Below the pieces are notes generated by a model. That model made no database searches. It was not told the origin of the DNA and saw nothing but the letters and a program-made list of their open reading frames with translations. A program made the position numbers and the translations under genes. DNA of 63,896 nt, counting the filler, from Rhabdomonas costata (taxonomy: Eukaryota), in assembly GCA_019059605.1 (NCBI GenBank). It is 39 parts of 39 records of this genome, joined end to end, with 100 filler letters (N's around TTAATTAATTAA, not from the genome) between each part and the next. Parts side by side here need not be neighbours in the genome. Positions count along the whole stretch, not along the records: positions 37,754 to 39,294 come from JAHMHO010013456.1; positions 39,395 to 40,935 come from JAHMHO010013457.1; positions 41,036 to 42,576 come from JAHMHO010013458.1; positions 42,677 to 44,217 come from JAHMHO010013459.1; positions 44,318 to 45,858 come from JAHMHO010013460.1; positions 45,959 to 47,499 come from JAHMHO010013461.1; positions 47,600 to 49,139 come from JAHMHO010013462.1; 32 more parts are not named here. One strand, 5' to 3'. Below are positions 37,654 to 48,687 of the stretch, one piece after another (position 1 is the stretch's first letter; each line of letters starts with the position of its first letter).

Positions 37654-38256
37654 NNNNNNNNNNNNNNNNNNNNNNNNNNNNNNNNNNNNNNNNNNNNTTA
37701 ATTAATTAANNNNNNNNNNNNNNNNNNNNNNNNNNNNNNNNNNNNNNNNNNNNTTTTGGGGGTTGGTGGAAGAAAGTCGTCAAGGCCCCCCTCCAGGCGA
37801 TGTCACGTCTTCGTCCCTGCGATAATTCTGTACCACACATTCGCCTCCACGGACTAAGAATACCCCTCTGGGGAGAACTGACAGTGTAATCAAACATCGC
37901 TCGAAAACTGATCATTTCGAGGGTGCTGGCATATTTTATGAAAGCAATCTTTTCGGGCGGGGCACAGTGTAATACATAGTGCCTAAAGGCAGGCGTGGCA
38001 AAGGTTCCAGTGTTCCCAACTTTAATTGGGGCTTGAAGAAAACCGCGGCAATGGGGTTCAGCGCAATGAGTCAGTCACACCAACAAGCGCTCCCCCCACC
38101 TTCCACATTGACCCCAACCCAACAGCCTCTACCCTTGCGCAGCAATTTCTGACAATTATTGAAGTCCCCAAGTTCCAAATCTGCAAGCTTGTTTCACTGC
38201 TCATCCGTGGTGTCTGCAGGGGTTACAAGGAAAAGCGAGACTAGCAAGGTTCGGAC

Positions 38257-38439
38257 CTCGGGGGTGGAGAACCCGATGACAGGTGGTGAACTTGCACGGA
38301 CTGCAGCTCTGAGCTGAGCCACACGGTGGCTCACGCACCGCCACGAGGGCTCGTCACCCTTGCGAAAGCTCGCTGAACGCGTCCTCTCGTGCTGGGCGAC
38401 GGACTCTTCGGAAAGGGTGAAGCTCACGCGCTGGAACAC
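38257..38439 (-). CDS. Internal exon (61 codons) of a hypothetical protein
   Basis: CCTGCAG|VFQRVSFTLSEESVAQHERTRSASFRKG...GFSTPE|GTCCGA, phase 0-0. Confidence 0.45.
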
Positions 38440-39981
38440 CTGCAGGACGCAAAAAAGGGGTGGTTCCTCCTCGATTCTGGAATGTTTTTGGGTTGCGTTC
38501 TCGCCTCACCTCCTCCTTACCAGCGGGGGACACCATTAAATTGAACGAAACAATTGAATCCACGATAAAAAAGACGGACAGACGCCAAACGTCTCATTCT
38601 ACATATCAAGACTCCCGAAGCGCTGCGCATCGGTCCTTTTTACCTTCTGCCCTTCGGGGCTGCGCAGTTTTCTCTTTTGGGAGCAGCTTCTTGTCGCACA
38701 AAACCAAAGAACAGAACGAAACTTCTCAAGTTACCTCGGGAGAGAATTGGGATGCCAACATCATAATTAGCAATGTGATCGATACCTTCTCGTCTTCACC
38801 ACCAAGCGATGACGGGGCACTGACCACAGAGGAAGCATCAGAGTGGGAATCAGCCCTTGCACGGGAGCTTGCAGCTGACCAACAGCGACGCTGAAGACGG
38901 AAAAGAAGAGAGAAAAGACAAAGGGAGCAAACGCACATCGCCAACATGAAAAGGCTTGCAAAGAGTCTGTCACACCATCGGAAAACGGACGCAGAAGAAG
39001 GCGGCAGCAGCCACAGGAGAGAAGACCAATTGCAGAAAGTCTCGAGCACACACAATAAATCTGCAATCGAGCAAAACAGCACAGCAAGCCAATATTGAGG
39101 GACCACAGGTGTTTTCTAAATTCCGAGTTTGGGATCAGCAAAAGGAACCCCTCAGAAACCAGGACACAATGCAAAACAACCCCCCTGTGTGTTGCCCTGG
39201 GTGGGCATCACCCCTCCCCTTGACTGTGACAGACACAGACTCACTGCAGACAGTGGTGACGGAGAGAGAGAGAGTGTGTGTGTGTGTGTGCAGCNNNNNN
39301 NNNNNNNNNNNNNNNNNNNNNNNNNNNNNNNNNNNNNNTTAATTAATTAANNNNNNNNNNNNNNNNNNNNNNNNNNNNNNNNNNNNNNNNNNNNTTTTGT
39401 TCTTCCCAAGGGGTTATGGGGCATCCAACGGCCCACTCCACAATGCCCTACTCCTTAGGCGGCCTGCTTTTTGAGGTGCGGGAATCCGTGGCATTCTCGC
39501 GTGTGCTCATTTCGTTTTCTTGTTTGCTGCAAATGCGGAAGTTACTTTCACCTTGTTACAGATTTGTGGACCTGTCCTGTTCCTGTACAGTTCTATTTCT
39601 CGAAAGAGAAAGTATGGAAAACTAGGAACCAAAAGACGGTGCTCACGGCGTGGCTCGGGCTCCCAGCTTTTTCTTCTGTACTGGATGTTGTGGGGTGGAT
39701 TGGGATTAGGTGAGGGGCGACCCGAAGGTAAAGTGGGAGATAGATACGTTTCTCTCATAAGCCTCAGTTCAATAGAGGTGGTCACGCTCTAATATTTCTA
39801 TTTCTTATACTATAATAAATGCCTGATTTCGGGCGAGTCATTGCCGAATACTAAGTTTGACTTCCCTTCTCGTGTACATCGCGACCTTGGTTTATGGGCC
39901 TGCTGCTTTTCTTCATGTCCCTTCTCAGCATGCAGAGCGTTTGCCCCATATTGTGGATATTTTACGGTTGCGGGTCGAGCA

Positions 39982-40926
39982 ATGTCGGTTCGTCTCTTCT
40001 GCACTGGTGCCCTTTTCTGCCCGAGGATTGTGTTGACCGCACCTTCTCTGGCCCGTGCAGTCCGTCTCTGTCGGAGGGTGAGCTCCAGCCCTGAAACCTT
40101 CTGCTCTGACAACGCGCCTCTTTCTGCGGAGGCAGCGCTTGGCTATGCTGCGGATCGGGTTGCTCTTAACTTGGCCTACCTTCCCGCAGCCGACGTGGCG
40201 GATAGTGTCGGTGGGTTTGCGAAGGCTGGGTACACCAGTGACCCTCGCCTGTGGCGGGGGCTCAGCATTGCCGCCCAGAGGGAAATCTCAGGAATGGACC
40301 CCACCACGCTCTGCCAGTGCGCCACCGGTTTCTCTAAGGTCTGCGGTGAGCGGGAGTAAAGAGGAAAAGGGATGACGCTCGTGCTCATATTTTTACCTCT
40401 TTGAGAGGTCAGACACTTCTCCCTCTGCCCATTGGTCGAACGGCCCCGGCAGTTTTTATCTTGAGGTTTGCCGCTTCTTTCTCTTTTCTTTTTCCTCTTG
40501 CTGGAGTTTTCCTCGAAATTGTGCATTTTGAAAGTCGCATAGCTGCTACCCATGATTTTCGATTCGATTTTTTTTCGGCACAATTAGGTTCCGCTTCTGC
40601 TGGACGACCGTGCTCTGTGGGATGCCCTTAGCAAGGCGGTGCTTCCAGACGCCCAGCGGCTAAACTCCGTTCAGACTTGCAGCGTTGTGCACGGGTTTGC
40701 AAAGGTTCCGTGGTTGCTTCAGAACCAGCCCGAGCTCTGGGCTACTCTCTCAGCGCAAGCCTCACGCCACTCCGATGTCCTCACCGCGACCTTACTCTCG
40801 ATGTGTGCCGCAGACTTTAGCAAGGCTCCACCCTCCTTCATAAACCGCGACCTCTGGCACAGGCTTGCCCGTGGACTTGTCCGAGAGAGAGACACGCTCA
40901 GGGTCACGGATGTCTCGCATTGCGCC
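39982..40926 (+). CDS. Helical-repeat (OPR/HPR-like) RNA-binding protein with a putative mitochondrial presequence, 5' part
   Basis: Exons 39982-40338 and 40588 to contig end, phase 0. Four 38-40 aa repeats have an F-[AS]-K...LW-x2-L pattern. The N-terminus MSVRLFCTG...SLARAVRLCRRVSS is Arg-rich and lacks acidic residues. Confidence 0.75.
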
Positions 40927-41036
40927 ACACAAACANNNNNNNNNNNNNNNNNNNNNNNNNNNNNNNNNNNNNNNNNNNNTTAATTAATTAANNNNNNNNN
41001 NNNNNNNNNNNNNNNNNNNNNNNNNNNNNNNNNNNC

Positions 41037-41360
41037 AACTCGGACACCGCGCAGACCATCCGGGGCTTCTCCACGCCGAACTTCGCCACTCACTTTGTGA
41101 TTGAGAGTGCCTGTGTGGCCTACATGGCACCGGTGAGCTGTTACCCCGAGGAGGACGAGGTGCTGTTCGCACCGATGTCGCGGTACCTTGTGCGGGAGGT
41201 GGAGCGGAACTTCCCCCGGAACCCTGACAAGGTCACGTTGGTGTACCTCAACCCAGACAGCCGCAGGCCATCTGCGGAGCCCAGTATTCCGCTCGGAATT
41301 GCTTCGGGCTGCGCAACCCCCGGCCCTAGCAAGCCTTTTATGTATCCTACTTCACCGTGA
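41037..41360 (+). CDS. R-S-E clade (ART/ARTC-like) ADP-ribosyltransferase, C-terminal part
   Basis: THFVIESACVAYMAPVSCYPEEDEVLFAPMSRYLVREV contains the F-x-I...S-x-YP-x-E-x-EVLF catalytic motif. Stop at 41360. Confidence 0.8.
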   Translation, partial: NSDTAQTIRGFSTPNFATHFVIESACVAYMAPVSCYPEEDEVLFAPMSRYLVREVERNFPRNPDKVTLVYLNPDSRRPSAEPSIPLGIASGCATPGPSKPFMYPTSP

Positions 41361-41619
41361 GCTTTGCCTTCCTGGTTACCGTGTACCGGAAGGTTGGCAT
41401 TTGCAGGTGGAAGGATGTCATTTTTGTCAAAATTGAGGATTTTTATTTGTTGTTTTGGTTGTAAATCTTTCCTCTGAGCTTGGCTTTTTTATGTGTCAGC
41501 ATTAGAATTTCCTTTATGAGGTGGTGATGTGGAGAAGCTACAGCGCCAATAAACTTAAATGTAACCCCACACACACACACACACCCTGCGGCTCCCACGT
41601 TTGTCACACCACCACCATT

Positions 41620-42038
41620 GTGGTCTTGCGGTCCATAGGGTACTTTCCGAAACACTGGCACATATGTCGCGGCCTCATCCTGTGCTAAATCCAACGGCAT
41701 TCCGGAGGGCGATATTCGACCGCCTGCCACAGTTTGGGGACGGGAGGCAGCACGACACGATGGAATTCGTGGGCCAGACGTGGGAAGTATCACGCGAGGA
41801 TTGTCGCCAGTGCGAGCAAGGCCAAATGACCAACGATGTGATCCGCGATACGTTAGCCCTTAAGGAGCTTTCCAAGTTCCCAAATGCGAACCATAAGGAT
41901 ATCAATCCACTTGGTTTTGACCCTCGAGGACTGCCTGCGGAACCATTTTGGGAAAAGCAGGATGACCAGAATTTGCACCAGTGTTCGGTTGCCATCGAAG
42001 TGTGTGCGAGCCAAAAGCACTTAAGCGATATAACATGA
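41620..42038 (+). pseudogene. Decayed ubiquitin-specific protease (USP/C19) fragment
   Basis: NPTAFRRAIFDRLPQFGDGRQHDTMEF is the USP QQD-x2-EF box. Downstream, the C-x2-C finger appears frameshifted with a stop (KCEP*GYQS). No Cys box upstream. Confidence 0.55.
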
Positions 42039-42745
42039 GAAGGAAGGGAAGGGAAGCGAGCGCCTGGAATGGGCATTGGAGACCAGGGAGGGGATCGACC
42101 ACGGCGACCAGACCAAGTAGGTGGGAAGGAGTGCTGGGAAGCGAAGGGAAAGACACAGACACAAAATCGCCGGCCGTGGCATCCCTGAGTGCCGCACACA
42201 GAGGCAGGACCCAGGCTTAGGCAAGGCCATAAGGGAGACCTGCAGGCCAGCCGGGGTGTACGATCGCTGAGGGTTGGGCGGCGTTGGGCGGAGAGCACTC
42301 CAAACGCGCCAGTCGTTGTGCAAATGTTGCACAAAATAGAACTGATTTGATGCAAGTCCCTTGAATGGGCCCTGCCCTCCTCAGGAACTGCCATATGACC
42401 GGTTGCTTTGGAAAGTGTGTAGTTCGGAACCGTTTGCATAAGGGGAGACCGTTTGGCCGTTGCGAACAGCATCCAACGCGTCCCTCTTCCTCTCCCGCTC
42501 TTTTCTTCTCTTCTCTTCTCGTTTTATAGTCCTTTTCTCTTACCATCTGAACACACTACACACACCCCCCAAAACANNNNNNNNNNNNNNNNNNNNNNNN
42601 NNNNNNNNNNNNNNNNNNNNTTAATTAATTAANNNNNNNNNNNNNNNNNNNNNNNNNNNNNNNNNNNNNNNNNNNNGGTGTGGGTGTGGGCATGCGCGCG
42701 TGTCTGAAGTGGGGTGATGAGTTGGTGTGAGAGGGGCACTGGAAC

Positions 42746-43608
42746 CGGAGGCTGGTAGGTGAAGGTGGGTAGCATGTACTCCGGGTCGTTAGGGTTGGTG
42801 TGGCGCTGGCTGACCCGCTGGCGGGGCACGGAGTTGACATCCGCGGTGGTCAGGCTGTAGTTCGGGCGGAACGCCTCTGTGGTGGGGGGTCACCGAGGAC
42901 AAAGTGGAAGGCAATCTGAACGGGGTGGAGGAGGTGATACCCACCATGCCTACCTCTGGTGAGAGCTCTGTGATTATGTCTGCGAAGGAGACTTGGGAAC
43001 CGTGAGCTGGCGACTTGAAGAGCGTGCGCTGGGTCCCTGTGTACCTCCCCGGAGCTCTCGCTCGTCGCTCCTGATCAGAGGGTGCCCACCACTGAACAGC
43101 GCAGCCACTAGGGTGGTGATAAAAGTATAGCTTTGCAAAAGCTAGCAAAAAACCACTGATGCTGCAAGACCCTATGTACTGGGGAGGGGTTGGAGGGGAT
43201 TTGGAGTGCTCCGAATTTACCTAATTGACACTCCCCCGCTCCCCACACTCGGGATTCGCCGCATTGGTTTGCCTCCGCTGCACAGTACCACTCCGGGAAG
43301 CTGAACGCAACCGACCCAGGGGCAATGTAGCCCTAACCAAATAATCACAAAACGCAGGGTGCGAGTTGAATGGCACCGCCCAGAAACTTCCCCACCCACC
43401 TGCAAAATCTTCCTGACAAGAAGAAGGGAGAGAGGAGTCAGAGTTTTGGGAAAGGAAGGGCAAATGGTTCGTGCCTCGAAGGATACGCTTTCTGGGCTTC
43501 CCCACGGCGTAGGTTTGCTCAAGAAGGGCCGCACGGATGGCCTGTGGGTCCGGTGCTGAAGCCGTGACGGCCGCAGCGGCTGTGCCTGCGGCATCGGCAG
43601 CTGCACCG
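42746..43608 (-). CDS. Protist R-x-TNP-x2-P-x-Y repeat protein (possibly microtubule or flagellum associated), 2 exons
   Basis: Exons 43608-43487 and 42876-~42746 join in phase 1: KPRKQAFRPNYSLTTADVNSVPRQRVSQRHTNPNDPEYMLPTF. Confidence 0.5.
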
Positions 43609-44761
43609 CTGCGGAGGAGAGAAAGACAGATGTCCGTTCGGCATCTGTTGGAAGAGCTCGAGTGAAAACCGATGCAGTTTGAGATGGTGAGAAACATTCC
43701 AGGCGGATGCACAGCACTAGAGCTACAGGTAGATGGCCCCTCGAACCTAGATAGGCAAGCTGGCAAGCTGCAAATGAGTCCATCTGAAGGCCCTTTGTGT
43801 TCCGCCGGTGTTTGGCAGACTACCATGGTGCCGCTATGTCACGGTGCGAGATTTCGTCATTTGCTTCCTCCTGTTCCCTGATTACGAACCCAGTGGAAAG
43901 CTCTTAGAGCAACCACCACTTGAAAAAGTACTGACTGGGTAGAAGCATCCACTTTCCACTTTTGGAGCATCCCACACGGGTGTTGAGATGATGCGATGAC
44001 AACACTGCTGTCAACCAAAGTCGTAAACCCAATTTCCACAGTTTTCGAAGACCGTAGTTTGCGGTTCAGGCTGTTCCGCCGGGAGCTTGGGTTCACTCAC
44101 GTGCCGGCGACGGCAATTACTGAGAAGAACTCTCCCAAAAAGTGGAAGCAGCAACACGAAAAAACAGATGTCCCGACTAACATATATTACACACCCCACC
44201 ACCACCACCACCCAACANNNNNNNNNNNNNNNNNNNNNNNNNNNNNNNNNNNNNNNNNNNNTTAATTAATTAANNNNNNNNNNNNNNNNNNNNNNNNNNN
44301 NNNNNNNNNNNNNNNNNGTTTTTGGTGTTGCACCTAAGAACTCTTGCTTGCACTCGAGCACTGTGAAACAGCTGCACCTGATTTTGGAATGAATTTCGGG
44401 GAAATTGTGGGTGTTGGACGCTTATTTTGGCAGTACTGGTTTCATTCTGTATCATACCTGCAACGCAACGTCTTTTCTTTGTTTTGGTGGCTGAACGAAA
44501 ACTGGGTTTGTATGCTTTCATGGTGTGCATCGGATTGAAGGACCATGCCTCAAACCTAGTCTTCCAGAAATTGCCATGACGTCAACCTTTTCCCCTGCCC
44601 GTTCGTCCGTCCTTATTATATTTCTTTTGGTGTTAGTCCCCTTGTGGATTTATTCCATCGCTCTGTGTTATTGTGCGTGTGTTGTGGATGTGTGTTAGCA
44701 CGTATCGAGACTGCCATAGCAACAACGGCTGATGCATGCCATTTTTGTACGTTCTGTTCAG

Positions 44762-44981
44762 CGAGGCCGCCGCGGCCCACGCTTGGGGTCACCCTGGACC
44801 CCACCAAGGGCCCCTTTGTGGTGCACAGCGTGGTTCCCGGGGGGGCCTTCTCGAAGGCCGGGATCCGCCCCGGTGACCAGGTGCTGCAGTGGGACGAGAC
44901 CTGCCTGTCCTCCCCGGACATCTTTGAGCAGAAGATGTCCACCGCCGCGGTGGACACCACTCACACCTTCCTTATCCTCAG
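44762..44981 (+). CDS. PDZ domain exon
   Basis: RPTLGVTL...VVHSVVPGGAFSKAGIRPGDQVLQWD...FLILR is the PDZ pattern. Acceptor TTCAG|; the likely donor is CAG|GCACAT (GC). Confidence 0.88.
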
Positions 44982-45989
44982 GCACATTTTTTTCCGTGTT
45001 TGCCCTACGGGCAATTGTGCCCTTTTGTTCGCATGCGTGTGTGTGTGTTGTTGTGCGATGAAAAGGCGGATAGCAAAACACAGAGGTGAAAGAGAATGTG
45101 GATGAAAAGAATGCTATCCCTTACCTTAGACGTGCGTAGCCTGGATTATGCCTCGCACACAATGCCATTGTGGGATGGGTAGGGGGGTGAATGTTGTCCT
45201 CCGGACCCCACGTCGGAGTTTAGGATGCGCCGTTCTCTCGTATTCTTGTTCAGTGGTGGTTCCTGTAACCGTCTCACTCAAAAGCGAGGAGACAACAGCG
45301 GAGAGAGAAAAGGGGAATTCTTCCGCAAAACATTCCTGCACGCAACAAAGGCGCCGCAGTGCGTGTGATGTACAAGAAGGTGTGCCCCGGTCAACACAAA
45401 AGAACAATAGAAGCTCAGAGGTCACTTTTACCTTCTCTCGCCCACCACCCTCAAGTATCATTCTTTGAATGTGTTAGGCACTCAGAAGCCTCCAATCCTG
45501 AGGCTTCTGAATGCTCCCTACTCCTCCCTCGGATGAGAACCCTTCACCACGACGCGTTTGCGCCTGGTGGTAGGTACCATCGTAGAGTATTGTTCATCAG
45601 TCGGCATGGTCGTGCGGTGTCTATGCCTCTAGTCTCTATGCCTGTGCGATGTAGGGGGTGCGAGCAGAAGTGGATCCCGGTGTTTGTCCCCGGGCCATCG
45701 GGCGCCCACCCAGGACCAGGACCAGGTTTTGTTCCCTTGTCGTTTTTGCCACATGTGAGCGGGCGGGGAGTCAGGACAATGTGCCAGAAGCAAGTTTTTT
45801 CTGGATGTCTGTGCGTCTGCATACGCCCATCGAAGGAACGTAAGATTTCCCAACACAANNNNNNNNNNNNNNNNNNNNNNNNNNNNNNNNNNNNNNNNNN
45901 NNTTAATTAATTAANNNNNNNNNNNNNNNNNNNNNNNNNNNNNNNNNNNNNNNNNNNNGGGTGGTTTCATTCAGTACCGAACCCCCGAG

Positions 45990-47400
45990 TTTGGCTGAAC
46001 TTGCTTTCGAGTCGACAAGCGGTAAACTGCCTGCTACACACAGCTCCTGCGCTGATACTGTCTCTTCCAAGTCTTGGCTCTGCTACAGGTTCACATCATG
46101 CCTTCGCGCTTGCACCTGTTCGAAGTACGAGCGTGTCCTCGACCCATCCAGTGTTGGGTGACTTGCTACTCGCGTGGTCTGCACTGTATTTGTCTTAACA
46201 CTGCTCAGCTTTTCTTCCAGGTTGCCCTCTTATCCATTTCTTTTACAGCAGACTTGCTCACAACTGCATTCCCCATTGTATCTCTGGCGCACCGCTTCAT
46301 CCAAAAACTACGGCAAGGCCATATTGCCCCAACACTCTCCTTTTTTATCGACTGAAAACAAACGTTCACGCTCAAAACTTTCGGGAACAACCTATTGGGA
46401 AAAAGTCTTGGGCTCAATGTCGCTGATTGGAGTCACCCACTTCCAACACTCTTCATTTTGGGTTTTTGGCAGGGAAAGTTCCTCCATCAGGAAACTGTGT
46501 GCTCCATGAAGATGTCTTTGGTGCGTACTGCACCGCTCTCGATCTGATTTCCTGGAAATCCTTCATGAAATGGCCTGGTGACCAGCAGTAAAAACACCTC
46601 AGCGCCCCCCGTTGCACCGCGTCGTCCAAGCATGATTGTGCAAACGTGATTATTCATTCCAACATAATGGTATTTGTTGTCGCCTGTGATCTAGGCGATT
46701 TGGACCTCTGTCCCACCACAAGCCTACCACCTACTCTTGGTCTGTATCTATCTGTGGAATCTTCCTCTTCCTCTGCCCAAAAAGCTTCCAACCCTGGGGT
46801 ACACTCTGGTTGTTGGAGATGGAAGTTTAGGTGATTGGGTCCAAACTGCGTTGGCTTGCGCCTCTCCACGTTCCACAAACATCATCACTCTGGGCGGCGA
46901 CGCGATTGCCACAAGCAATGTTCCTGATGTCATGGCGTCCGACCCACATTCAACTGACATCCATCTCAGCCCATCGAGCTTGCACTGACTACAGCCGCAA
47001 TCTATGAACCATGTGATTGAATTCTAGCGGGTGGTTGGTCAAAGTACGGCGACCCTCCAAGCGGCGAGTTTCCGTATCTCATGGAATCCAGATCAATTCA
47101 TGTCGGTTTCGCTGCTGCATTCTCTGTTGTCGGCGCGACAACAGTGACCTTGGGTGGAGTGCTGGGTTTCCTGTGGAACTCCCAGGCTGCGTCAACGTTT
47201 TCACGCAAACTCAAAGACTTTTCGTCATCAGATCTGCCTTCATGTCTTTCTCCAACCCTTGAATGAAAAGTTATCTCAAGTGCAAGTAGTAAAAAAAAGC
47301 ACAAACTCTCAGTATCGTGTCTCACGGTGTGAACTGGGACACGAAAAAATAAAAGTTTCCATCAACCCTCAACATATCCAATCTCCACAAAATGTTGCAC
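45990..47400 (-). mobile_element. Decayed Ty3/Gypsy-type LTR retrotransposon gag(-protease) region
   Basis: In order: FIQGLEKDMKADLM...SLRENVDAAWEF (capsid F-x2-GL motif, ~47267-47170), CFYCWSPGHFMKDF (CCHC knuckle with the last Cys mutated, 46555-46597), LVDSKAS (LVDSGAS-like, ~46010). Multiple stops and frameshifts. Confidence 0.55.
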
Positions 47401-47772
47401 TCAAAAGTGTCGAAACAGAACCTGGTATTCACGTCTGAAATGTCTGAACTTCTTTCACTGTGCCTCTAACGTGCGGTACCATCTCTCATACACCAAAAAN
47501 NNNNNNNNNNNNNNNNNNNNNNNNNNNNNNNNNNNNNNNNNNNTTAATTAATTAANNNNNNNNNNNNNNNNNNNNNNNNNNNNNNNNNNNNNNNNNNNNG
47601 TGTGTTTTTGTCACCTCTGGTAACGTTTTCCATTGGAGGTGGTGGCGTATCCATCCTCGGCAAGTCGGCATTCCCCTTTCCCGTATTACTTTAATAGATT
47701 CCTGATGAAGCGCCTTTTCTCTCTGTGTGTATTTTGCGCCATCGCCACTTTCCCCGTGTTTTCCTCTGCCAG

Positions 47773-48687
47773 GCTGCAGCGGGAAGGCTTGGGGGACACC
47801 CCAGTGGACACCGACGTGGAGCACTATGAGCTGCGGTTTCTGCCCAGCGAGGCCTCGGCGGGGCCCAAACCCTCTTCCAAGAGCCCCAAGGAGCCCGTGG
47901 GCTCCTCGCGTATGTCCGCTAGTGATAGCCGAGAGATGCATACACCGTGATTGGCGACCTGCCACCAGCTTTCATCGGAGGATCTGAGAGCATTGCAATG
48001 GTAGATGCGAATTGGGTTTTGGCTGTTGGTTTGCGAAAGAGAACGGACAAGCTGTGGGCATCCCATGTTCCTGTTTGGAACTAAAAGGAAAAAACGAAAC
48101 GCAGAAGTATGACAAATTAGAGCATACGCGAGGTAACCGAAAACAAAGAACCAGAGGAACTCGCGGAAAGATGAGGAAACAACAAAGGTTTCTTATCGAC
48201 GTGTTCGACGCGTTGCGGCCCCTCGCTCTCTTCCTGCAGTGTCTCCACTAGTTTGGCTTCAGAAAGGATTTCTCCTCTTCGGGGTTCGTCGCCCCATATG
48301 CTACTTCTGCCCGTGTTTGATGCTGGGCCTTGTTTGGGTTTATCGCCGCAGCCCAGACCTGCAAGCGGCCAGATTGAAGATCGCTTGTTGTTTCCCTCGG
48401 TAAATCCAAGCAAAGAGCAATAACAACCACCCCGTATTTCGACCAACCTTACAACAACAACAACATAGTTTCCCTGCGGCGCGTGCTTCGGCCGAAGAAG
48501 CGGCCTGGCTCGGCAGGACGTCACCCACCCGTGATTCGGATGCAGCTGGACCTATGCGAGTACCTCCGGGAGCACATGGCTCTGGTGCACCAGCAGGCCG
48601 CTCAGGCCATGCGTGAGGCCGCGCTGCGGCGCGAGAAGAGGGAGTGGATGGCCCGTGCAGAGAAGCTGCTGGAGTCTACGTCCAAAG
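47773..48687 (+). CDS. Hypothetical protein, 3 exons
   Basis: Exons 47773-47909, 48240-48283 and 48546-48687 are phase-consistent with GT-AG ends: ...EHYELRFLP...LSPLVWLQKGFLLFG|LDLCEYLREHMALVHQQAAQAMREAALRREKREW. Confidence 0.6.
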
